Below, piece by piece: positions 12,390-22,671 of a stretch of DNA of 64,000 nucleotides. The notes below the pieces were generated by a model. That model did no database searches, was not told where the DNA came from, and was given only the letters and a program-made list of their open reading frames with translations. The position numbers and the translations under genes were made by a program. Each line of letters opens with the position of its first letter. Position 1 is the stretch's first letter. The stretch is from Okamejei kenojei. Its lineage: Eukaryota. The DNA lies in contig CM069155.1 of NCBI GenBank assembly GCA_035221665.1, positions 29,760,001 through 29,824,000 of the forward strand. Direction: 5' to 3'.

Positions 12390-14576
12390 GTGAGTATTTA
12401 CTTCAACCGACATGATATTTAATCTCGAGTACGAGTAAACCTTTCTATCCGTGATATTTCTGCTGTTTCTCTGATATTAGTTAATATTCTACTCTTTTCT
12501 GTTTTGTTTTTCAGATATAAATGCGCAATTTGCAGTAAATCAGCCGTCTTCAAAATCCACATCTCTGGGACAAAACGTGGAAATAGCCTGTACCCTGTCT
12601 GGCGGCAGTTTAGGTAGTAGTTATGTTTCCTGGTACCAGCAGATTTCAGGAACGGTTCCGCGGTATTTGTTCTGGTATTACTCGGGCAGCAGCATTTACA
12701 GAGGCTCTGGAGTTTCCGAACGTTTCTCCGGATCAGTGTCAGGCAACACTGCAACATTGAAAATATCGAACGTGCAGTCGGGGGACGCAGCGGATTACTA
12801 CTGTGCTGTGTGGAAAGATGCTTTAATTTTCGGCAAAGGAACGAGGCTGGGTATTGGCAGTAAGTAAAATACCTTCTATCTTTGTGTAGACACAAAAAGC
12901 TGGAGTAACGCAGCGAGACAGGCAGCATCTCTAAAGAGATGGAAAGGGTTGGAGGAAGGAACTGCAGATGTTGTTTAAAACGAAGAGAGACACAACAAGC
13001 AGGATAGGCAGCATCTCTGGAGGGAATGAATGGGTCTGCAGTTCCTTTCTGCATATTCTATCTTTGGGTTCATGATATTGCAGTGAAAAGTAATTGGTTT
13101 TCTGTCGCTAATCGATGGTTTTTAAAAAAGCGTTTAACGCTAATATGTTCAGCGTTCGACCAAAGTCGATTTTTCTTTGGCAAATCATTAGACGTAGCTC
13201 TATCAAAGGGCTGATGCCAGGCTGGCTGTTTGTATTTTTTACACTAAATAGCTAAAATAAAAGGTATTTAAAGCAGATATTTTTTAAATTTCCGGCCACG
13301 ATCGCGTCTTTTTGGGCGAATTAGTCGACAACAGCATTGAAAGGAGTAAACGGCTGTCCAGCTGTTTTATTATTCTTAATTACTTTGCGGACGGCGAGCT
13401 AACAATTATCAAACCTGGATAAGAATTAGACGGAACGTAAAGGAACGGGAAATAACTTTAGAGGGACAAGGAATTGCAGATGCTGGTGTACAAAAAAAGA
13501 CACAAAGCTCTGGAGTGACTCAGCGGGTAGGGCAGCATCTCTGGTGAACATGGATAGGTAAGTTTCGGTTCGGGTCCCTTTTTCAAATCAGTTTTGTTTC
13601 GTGTGACATCTTATAACGCATTTTGTTTTTATGCCATTAAGCGAAAGGAATAAGATTCGCTATTCAACTTTAGAAATCTGAGCTGAATTATTACTTCAAA
13701 GAGAAGAGATGGGTCGAGAACAACAAACATATACGTTTCAGCATTAATGTAAATCATATCAACGATTATTTATAATGCGTGAAAACGATAAATTTAGCGT
13801 TGCTGCTAATCTAGTCTGTTCATCGATGGCTAAAACGGCAAAATATTCTTGTCGCTAAAATCCAACCATTAGTAACATTTCGATATCAGGTCTTAACAAA
13901 TGAACAGATTAATTAAGGAAAGGCATTCAAACAAAACTAAAGTTTTAAACGAGTTTAGTGGAACTTTGGCTGCAATGAAACCCCGCAACTGGATGGCGGG
14001 TAAAACAATCGTTTTCTTTTTAATTGTAGCTGGAGCCAATGGAAAAAATACACTGCAGATCAAATAAAAACACTGCCGAAATAATAGCTTTTACCCCACT
14101 GCCACATATTCTACTCCATTACCATAAATAGCAGTTATTTTTTGGTGTTCTCACTTGGAACGAATGCTATACCAATTGTATTTTTAACAAAGATAATATT
14201 TTAACCGAAGCAGTTCTGCTAGCCCTACTAATCTGTGACTTTATTTGAAATAGAACCTCAGCCGCCCGCGGTGTCCGTCCTTGGGCCTTCAGCGCAAGAA
14301 ATGACGGGAAAGGGAACCGCCACCCTTGTGTGTTTGGTGAACGGGTTTAATCCGGGTGCTGTGGAAATTGACTGGACTGTGGACGGCAGTGCGAGAAGTG
14401 ATGGCGTCGAAACCAGCCCAATCCAACAGGAGGCGGACAACACGTTCAGTGCGAGCAGTTACCTGACTCTGCCAGCCACAGTCTGGAACTCACACGACCT
14501 TTACTCCTGTGTGGTTAAACACGAGTCGCAGGCAAGCCCGGTGCAGGAAAACATCGCCAGGTCCGGCTGTCTGTAA
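12341..14576 (+). CDS. IGL: Ig light chain minicluster 1, germline-joined L-VJ-C (exons 12341-12389, 12515-12859, 14254-14576), lambda/type II-like C
   Basis: Spliced ORF reads MSCWISLVYALAFSAVYINA-QFAVNQPSS...C...WYQQ...DAADYYCAVWKDALIFGKGTRLGIG-KPQPPAVSVLGPS...ATLVCLV...YSCVVKHE...SGCL*. Introns are phase-1 GTGAGT/CAG and GTAAGT/TAG. Confidence 0.95.
12515..12859 (+). CDS. IGLV: IgL cluster 1 fused V-J exon
   Basis: Pyrimidine tract + CAG acceptor; V-set Cys, WYQQ and DxADYYC run directly into FGKGT; GTAAGT donor at 12860. Confidence 0.95.
14254..14576 (+). CDS. IGLC: IgL cluster 1 constant exon
   Basis: C1-set domain ATLVCLVNGFNPG...W.VDG...SSYLTL...WNSH.LYSC.VKHE with penultimate Cys for the H-L disulfide; CTAAT branch-like motif and TAG acceptor. 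Confidence 0.95.
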
Positions 14577-14790
14577 AACTTCTAGATTCCAACTAATCAA
14601 GCTGAAAAATATTTTTGCTCCGTCTTTCTTTTGTCAAAAATTGATATAAAAATATTCCCTGTTATCGACTAGCATTTGTGTTAAAATTGTCCTTTATCTC
14701 GCTGTTTGCAAACGTCATTCCATCGAAGCAACTCGTTCTGAATTGAAACTCCAATGTTATTCAATCTGTTAAATGCATTCCCAAATATTC

Positions 14791-14796
14791 ATTAAA
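14791..14796 (+). terminator. Probable polyadenylation signal of IgL cluster 1 (ATTAAA)
   Basis: About 215 nt after the stop, followed by the GT-rich GGTTTGTTTTG; present at the same position after C exons 2 and 3. Confidence 0.6.
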
Positions 14797-14870
14797 AGAC
14801 AGTGGTCTAAAGATTACATTCAGGTTTGTTTTGCTTACCCACGTTACTAACATTTTCAAATACAACTCTC

Positions 14871-16933
14871 TTTCTTTCTTTTAAAATCTTTTTATTGGGG
14901 TTTTTTTTCCAAAGGTAACAGAAATAAAACTTTTTTTTAAATCTGAGGGGAAAAAAAGTAATAAACATAACAATGATATTGATACATAGCGATCAGGATT
15001 ACATTAGTAACAGGTATAACCTGATATGAGACCAATGTCAAAATACACATTGAGTATTGACCTCCCGGCCCCTATGTAAATATAGATAAATCTTTAAAAG
15101 AAAACGTATGAATGTTGACAAAAACATAAAAAGAAAAAGACAAAAAGAAAAAGAAAAAAGCAAAAAGCAAAACCCCACTAAACTAAAAAAAATATATCCA
15201 CCATATAGAAGTAAAATAGATTTAATAACGGTTAGCAATTTATATTGTATGAAAGTGTTCAATAAATTTTCTCCGAGTCTTATCAAAAGTAACCAAGGGC
15301 TCAACAATGTCACTCATAATTGTTTCTAAATTTAAACACGATGTTGTTTCAGAATACTACTGGAGTGTGGTCGGAGGATTGGAGTATTTCCATTAAAATA
15401 AAATAGATCTTCTGGCGATTAGTGTGGTAAAAGCAATCAACCGATGGGCGGATCGGGACAGATGAATAGAATCTAACGTTGGTAGCCCACAATTGCAATA
15501 ATAGGATGTGGTTGTAAATCAATACCCAAGACTACAGAAATAGTATCAAAAATGTCTTTCCAATATTTTTCCAAAAGTGGGCAGGACCAAAACATGTGGG
15601 TCAGAGATGCCAGTTCAGAGTTACATCTGTCACAGGTAGGATTCATTTGACCACAAAAGCGAGCTAACTTATCTTTTGACATATGAACTCTGTGAACCAC
15701 TTGAATTGTATCAAAGCGTGTCTTGCACATATTTATTAACTAATCGAAGAATCCTCGCCCATTTCTCTATAGATAAAAAAAGTTTTGGAGTTCTCTTTCC
15801 CAGTCATTCTTAATTTTAGCAAATGTATCTATTTGTAATTTCAAAATCATCTCATAAATAGTCGTTATTAATCCTTTCTGATGCAGGTTCAGCTGTAAAA
15901 ATAATTCCAACATTTCGGTTTGATGTGGTAGCGAAGAAAGGGGTAGAGTTGCATTCAAAAAGTGTCTAATTTGTAAATATCTAAAAAAGTGTGAATTAGG
16001 TAAGTTATATTTATTGGAGAGTTGTCCGAAAGACATAATACAACCCTGCAAAAACAAATCACGAAAAGCAACTAAACCCTTCCTCTTCCATAACAAAAAG
16101 ACTTGATCATTACTAGATGGTTGGAAAAGAAAATTGGATAAAATAGGACTCGATAAGATAAAATCATTTAGTCCAAAAAACTTACGAAATTGTAACCATA
16201 TTTGGAGCGTATGTCTTATTATTGGGTTTGTCGTATATTTATTCGATCTCGTAATTGTGAAAGGTAACGAAGCCCCTAGAATAGAGGCCAATGATAGCCC
16301 TTGTAAGGAATCACGTTCGAGGTTTATCCGTCCTGGACATTGGGTATCTTCTAAATCTTTTGTCCAAAATGTTAAATAACGAACATTGACTGCCCACTAG
16401 TAAAATCTAACGTTCGGCAATGCCAAACCGCCACTTATGTTTTATTTCTGTAAATGTTTTTTACTTAGTCTGGGATTTTTGTTCTGCCTCCTACATGAAG
16501 ACATTTTGGAGTCTATAATGTCAAAGAAATATTTGGCAATAAAAATTGGTATCGTCTGAAATAAATACAGATATTTAGCTAAAATGAACATTTTCATAGC
16601 ATTGATTCAGCCAATTAGGGATAAGGACATTGGTGACCGTTTAGTAAACTGATGTTTAATATGGTCAATTAAAGGCATAAAATTGGCTTTAAATAAATCC
16701 TTGTGTTTCTTGGTGATCTTAATGCCTAAATAAGGAAAACTTTCGGTAGTCGATCTAAATGGAAACTGACCATAATTCAAAACAAGATTATTTAATGGAA
16801 AAAGCTCACTCTTACTAAGATATAGTTTATAACCAGAAAAACTACTGAATTGATTAAGTAATGCTACTATTGCCGGAATAAATTTCTCAGGCTTAGAAAT
16901 AAATAATAACAGATCATCTACGTAAAGAGATAG
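14871..16933 (-). mobile_element. 5'-truncated L1 inserted just 3' of the cluster 1 polyA site
   Basis: SLYVDDLLLFIS, FSGYKL and CDRC...LTHMFWSC motifs; T-rich tail; 14-bp TSD CAAATACAACTCTC at 14857-14870 and 16934-16947; absent after C2 and C3. Confidence 0.92.
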
Positions 16934-17469
16934 CAAATACAACTCTCGACTAAAATCAATAATTCAATCTGAAGAGCAATACATTTGTTGGATTTGTATT
17001 TCTAATCAGAGAAAATCAAATGTATTTAATCAACCTTCATTATTTTACCTTATGGAAGAACCAGTGATAAATGGTGCCGAACGTTATGTTATAAACTGGT
17101 GTGATTATAAATTGGTTCACATAGTCGCACGCGCGCACACGCACACACACGAACAAAATGGCGCGCTCATGTAGAAACGCGTTCGAGGACAGATATTAAT
17201 CGTTATATGTGACCTTGCTAATACTATTCACTTAGCAATTCCATGCTATTTCATCTGTGAGTGAAACGGGTGGGGCTGGTGGTGAGTGAGAGTAATATGG
17301 TCTTTCTGCATTTATATAGGGCGCTAGCACACATGGAGTATCACATATAGTTTTATTTTCCTCGCCTAATAGAGGTACTGAAGTTCTTGGTTGGTTCCTG
17401 CTGAGCTGAGTAGCGGGATAAGTGCACGCTGCGAGGAACGACTGAGAAGCGTAGCCTACCTCTCATCCA

Positions 17470-17666
17470 CTCCCAACACAGTGGGGGGCAATTTTACAGA
17501 GGCCAATTAACCTATGAACCCACAATCTTTCGGATGTGGGAGGCAACCCACGGCATCACGTGGAGAATGCGTAAACTCCTCACAGACAGCATCCGAGCTC
17601 AGGATCGAACCCTGGCCTCTGGCGCTGTCGAGGCAGCTGCTCGACCAGCTGCGCCACTGTGCCGCC
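17470..17666 (-). mobile_element. tRNA-derived SINE (V-SINE/HE1-like); paralogs ~32060-32259 and a headless copy ~59740-59862
   Basis: Minus strand has A-box TGGCGCAGCTGG and B-box GGTTCGATCC, then a GGAGTTT..ATTCTCC..GTGGGTT core. Confidence 0.75.
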
Positions 17667-19728
17667 CCACAATATACAATATATCAGCCACTGTAATATA
17701 TAAAACAGTGGTCTTGGCAGGAAAGGTGGAGTCGTTATTTCTCCTGGTTGATCAGTGGAAACTAAAGTTTGCAGTATCCACAACGCGCAGAACATTTACA
17801 GCATAGCACACGAACAAGCCTTTCGGCACTCCATGTCTTTGCCGACGTGATGCCAAAACCAAATCGTATCTGCGTGCACAGGATCCGTATCCAGAAGTCT
17901 TACAAATGCCACTGTTGCCTGTGCCGCCACCACGCCTTCCGGGAGCTCACCAACCTCTTTATATAAAATGTCCATGCGTTTCTCACCTAAAGTCCTAAAA
18001 GTAGCATCATGAGTCGCCTGCCCTTATTCTGAATGCCCTACCCAATGAAGGAAAACATACATATGCCTTCTCACCACTCTATATAGTAGTGTTGCCACTG
18101 AGGGAGCCATAGTTTCCCCAAAATCCTCTGTACATCAATACTGTTGCTATTAATCGAAAGTAGACACAAAATGCTGGAGTAAGAGCGGGTCAGGCAGCAT
18201 CTCGTATATTTCCCATTACAATCGACACCACCCCCAGCACTTCAATGCTCTGGTTAATCTGCATCTATCATTTCATCTCTCATTTTTATACCTAGTCTCT
18301 ATCCTGCTGTATACTTTGACAGCCTTCCTCACTGTCCGCAACCCAAACAGTGTAGCTGTCATTTGTAAACGTATTAATTGCTAGAGAAGGTGCAGAGATC
18401 TTTCTCATGGCTACTGCAAACTCGTCTTTTGTGTCTCTCAATAATCTGTCCATTCATGTACACTGCTTCTCAAGACACCCAACACCCACTTTTTAATCAC
18501 ACGGTGCCCTTGCATATGAATATTCGCCACATTGATCTCACTCTCCTCCTTGTCCTTCTCCTTGGTGAAAAGGCATACAACGAACTCATTTAATACCTCA
18601 CCTTTATCCCATGACTCAAAGCACAAATTACTCCCTTTATTCTCGAGTTACCATCTTTCTGGTTACCCTCTTGCATTTAAATTAGGTATAAAAAGCATTG
18701 CGATCTTCTTTAATCTAGCTCGACAAACCCGTTTCATGCCCCCATTTTGGCTCTTCTAATCGACCGTTTAAGCGATTTCTAACTCGATTTTATATTTCTG
18801 CCCGATTTCCTCTTCAGATAATGGGTGGGTAATCAGGACTGAAAAGAAAAGTATTTTTGGCTGGACGCGATTATAAAGTTTTGGATACTTTACTCCATAT
18901 GCTTGCCGATACTCAAACAGATTGATATCGAAAGACCTTTAAGCGATTCAAGGGAGTTGGGAAGAGGGCGTGACACTGGAGTTTGTTTAAACGTTCAACC
19001 CGTGACTCCCAGTAAGGCCTTGAACAACTTACTTATTCCTTCTTCTTATATTCCAGGTTTGAATTTGCAAAACGGAGACACGTGACAATAGCAATAAACC
19101 ACAAACAAACAAACTCAAAAATGCATTTTGTGACCATGACCGTGACTCGGAACTAATAGATCTCAATGGAGTTTGCCTCTCGTCAAGGCCCCTCCTATAA
19201 TGTTCAACTGCATGGAAGGCCTTCGCTTGATTCCTTTTGGAAATCTCCAATATTATCAATAATATCACAGCAATTAACTCCCTTTCTAATATCTCATTAT
19301 TTTGTGAGCTCTGAAAGTAACACTGAGCCCTTCTATTCCGTAGTTAGGTGCTGCCCTTGACACCAAACCCCCAATACACAAATTCCTGCCCACATGTGCA
19401 TAAATTATATTGACTTGGCTCTGCATTGTTTCACACCTATCTAATTAATGAATTATGAACAAAATATGTTTTTCTCTTTAGCAGGCGAAGACCAGTTGGT
19501 GCACCTCTGTATCTCTATACCGCAAACTGCTTTCGCCTCATCTTGTCATCAAATAGAAAATACAGCCTGCAATGTCAAGTCCTTCTGAACAGCAGCAAGT
19601 GCTCCAGTTATCTACATTGCTATCACTGCGACTTATGCACAAACAATGCTCTCCTTCCGCCTCCATCATACGTCCGATAAAGACTCGTTCGTTTTTTTAG
19701 TGTACCGGTCATAAATGTCCTCGCTATC

Positions 19729-19874
19729 TGCCGGGGTGGAAGATTGCAACCTTCACGTGGTCCGCCCTGTTTCGACTAATGCAATCAACTCGACGTGCAC
19801 AAATGGAAGATCAAATAGAACAAGTTGTTCAACAACTTTAGGCTGTGCATGCCACACGAAAGAAAAAGAAGAAG
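19729..19874 (+). mobile_element. Short 3' end of a probable RTE-type LINE with a (GAA)n tail, unit-specific
   Basis: Absent from the paralogous sites (~4397, ~34378); ends GAAAAAGAAGAAG. Confidence 0.45.
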
Positions 19875-20374
19875 CTAACTGCCTATAATTGCATACAAAC
19901 AATCCTCATTTCTCTCATTCTCCCGAGTCTTACTGTTAAGTCAGCGCTTCGGCAACTCAAGGTAGATAAGGTGTACAAATTGAAGAACAAGATAACCACA
20001 TCTGCTGGAATCACGAGCTGCTGGAGTACTCGGCGGGTCAGGTAGCAATTGTGAAATAAATGGATTGGTGGCGTTTAGGTCAGATGCTGCGTGACCCGTC
20101 GATCACTTTGTGTTTTACTTAAGCATAAATAATTGCCCAACTCAATACACTAAATTGTACTAACTACAGTAAATATTTGCCCATTCCACTTTCTTCGTAT
20201 TGTAAAGAAAACATTCACACAGTTTTTCAAGACCATTCGCCAAATTGCAACATTTTCTTCAGTGACTTCGAAATCTTATTTGACCTGCAAAGACCCATGG
20301 ATTTGTCGGACCAAACCTTTTCATCCAAAGTGGTCGGGATCTCCCCGTATAACAGGTCAATGCCAATTTAAGCT

Positions 20375-20700
20375 TGCTACAGGCAGGAAACATGTTCCCG
20401 ATGTTGGGGGAGTCCAGAACCAGGGGCCGCAGTTTAAGAACAAGGGGTAAGCTACTTAGAACGGAGATGAGGAAACACTTTTCCACACAGAGAGTTGTTA
20501 GTCTGTTGAATTCTCTGCCTCAGAGGTCGGTGGAGGTCGGTTATCTGGAAACGTTCAAGAGATTGCTAGACAGGGCTCTTGGAGAGAGCGGAGTCAGGGG
20601 ATATGGGGAGAACGCAGAACGGAGTACTGATTGTGGATGATCAGCCATCATCCACAATCGTTGGCCTACTGCACCTATTGTCTATTGTCTAGTGTCTATT
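20375..20700 (+). mobile_element. CR1 3' fragment, part of the unit (paralogs ~4670-4870 and ~34950-35325)
   Basis: MFPMLGESRTRG.SLR..G...RTEMRKHF motif and (CTATTGT)n tail. Confidence 0.8.
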
Positions 20701-22671
20701 ATACACCCATGCATATCGTTAACTAGCTCATTCTCTTTCAAATGGGAGTAAATTTCAATGAATTATCTCCAATGGTTTTCTACCACTGACGTGAGTCTCA
20801 CCGGCCTCTATTTCCCTGGAATCTTTCTACGTTTCAATCAACAAAAGAACAACTGGCCTTTTTCCAGTCCTGTTGGTGCTAACATGTGGATAGAGAAGAA
20901 ACAAAGATTCTTGTCAAGACCCAAGGAATCACCGCTCGCCTTCCTCAATAAACTGGGATAGACACCAACCGGTGCAGGGGACCTATCCAACTCAATGACC
21001 CTCAAGAGCCTCACTGCCGCTCTTTTCGATCTCAAGCCCCAGCATTTGTGGCCTAGCATATTTGTATTCTCAACACTGATCACACCGTCATTCACGTCTT
21101 TCTCCTTGGTGAATACAGATGCAGAACACACTCTTTCAACAATTCCGCTACATCCGTTATCCTTGATCAGACCTACCGTATCTCAAGGCACCCTTCTTGT
21201 TTTTAACATATGTATAAAAAGCGGCAGGATTTTCCTTTTCCCAACTCATCAATTACATTTCATGACCAGTTTTGCCCTACTAATCACCCGGTTGAGCTTT
21301 TTGCTACTTGCCATTCCTCACAATCCCCGAATGATGACACTTTGTTAAATCTGACATACGCTTCCGTGTTCTGAAAAGGTTTATAACCATGTGGTCATTC
21401 GCGCTACCCTTACCGTGCAATCGTTACCCATCCTCTTTATTGGAAAATGCTGATCCTGTACTTTGGTTATATAACTCCCATATGTTAGCTGTGGACATAC
21501 TCAATAACAACTGCTCATAAGCTCCTGCCTAATGACATTTTAATCTGTTTTGCTACTGTGAACATCCAGACTAATCCTTATCCAAACCAATAATAAACCT
21601 TGTAAAGTTGTGGTCACTATCCCCAAGTGCTCTCCAGCATACCACCAGTCACCTGGCAAGTTCGTTTCCCAACACAAGGTCCAGAATCGTCCCTCCTGGA
21701 TTCAAACCATCCATACACCGTTTAAGGCAAATTTCTTGGATATACTTCATAAATCTGCCTCATGTAACCCCCTATCACTGAACATAATACAGTCAATATT
21801 GGGCAAGTTAATGATACCCACTACAACAACACTGTAGTTCATGCGTCTGTTTGCATATCCGATCCATATTCCACTGATTATTGTGTGTCCCATAATATAA
21901 TTGGAGAGACCTTTATTATTTTTAAGCACAACCCATATATGTACGCTCCAGTATGTCCCATCTGAGTACCGTAATCTCAAATATCGAAGCCGTGATACAT
22001 TGAACGGCCAGTCATATCTCTCCCACAACCAAGTAGCCATAATGGCCACAACATTTTTATTCCAAGCACTGATCTCGACTATCTACGATCAGTTAGCTTT
22101 ATCCACAATACTCCTTGCATTGAAGTAAACATGTCATCCCTTAATTACCCCATAATCATGAACCACTCCCTGCCCATCTTTCCTTTGAGACTTACTTGTT
22201 ATAACCTCCACTTTCTCATCAGCCTTTCCATTTGCAAACTTGCTCCTTTCATTCCCATTCTCTGTCCATTTTAGCTTAAGTTCTCGCGAGCAAACTTCAC
22301 TGCAAGGATGTTGGTGTTTCTTCAGTTCTAGTGCAACCTGTCCCTCTTGTGCAAGTCGCCTTTGCAGCAATAGGTCTACAATCTGAATCCTTTCCCCTGC
22401 ACTACCTCCTCAGCAATGCATTAATCTGCCCTATACTCCTATTGCTACCCTCACTAACGTGGCAACTGTAGTGATCTAGAGATTACCACCCAGCAGGTGG
22501 TCATTTTAACCGTTTACCTATCTCCTCGTAGACACTCCGCAGGACCTCTTTGCTCTTCGTTATATTTTGCTGAACTCCCTATATTCTCTCCACCCGACCC
22601 CATCCATTTTCCTACCATTATTCCCAACTCTTTTTACTCCTCTGTAGGACCTCATCCAGTTTTCCACATAT

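Noticed and set aside
12799-12805. TACTGTG cryptic heptamer at the V 3' end (V-replacement-type cRSS)
   Set aside because: It arises from Tyr-Cys codons, is lost in cluster 2 (TACTGCG), has no spaced nonamer, and no unjoined donor V is in the window.
12419-13054. 211-aa antisense ORF over VJ1 (also 28703-29236 and 56802-57146)
   Set aside because: Shadow ORF of the V exon with variable ends and no domain.
12341-14576. Processed retrocopy or somatically rearranged B-cell DNA
   Set aside because: Both introns are retained, and three tandem copies share the same junction length within duplicated flanks.
17155-17163. YY1-like AAAATGGCG
   Set aside because: Not conserved in clusters 2 and 3.
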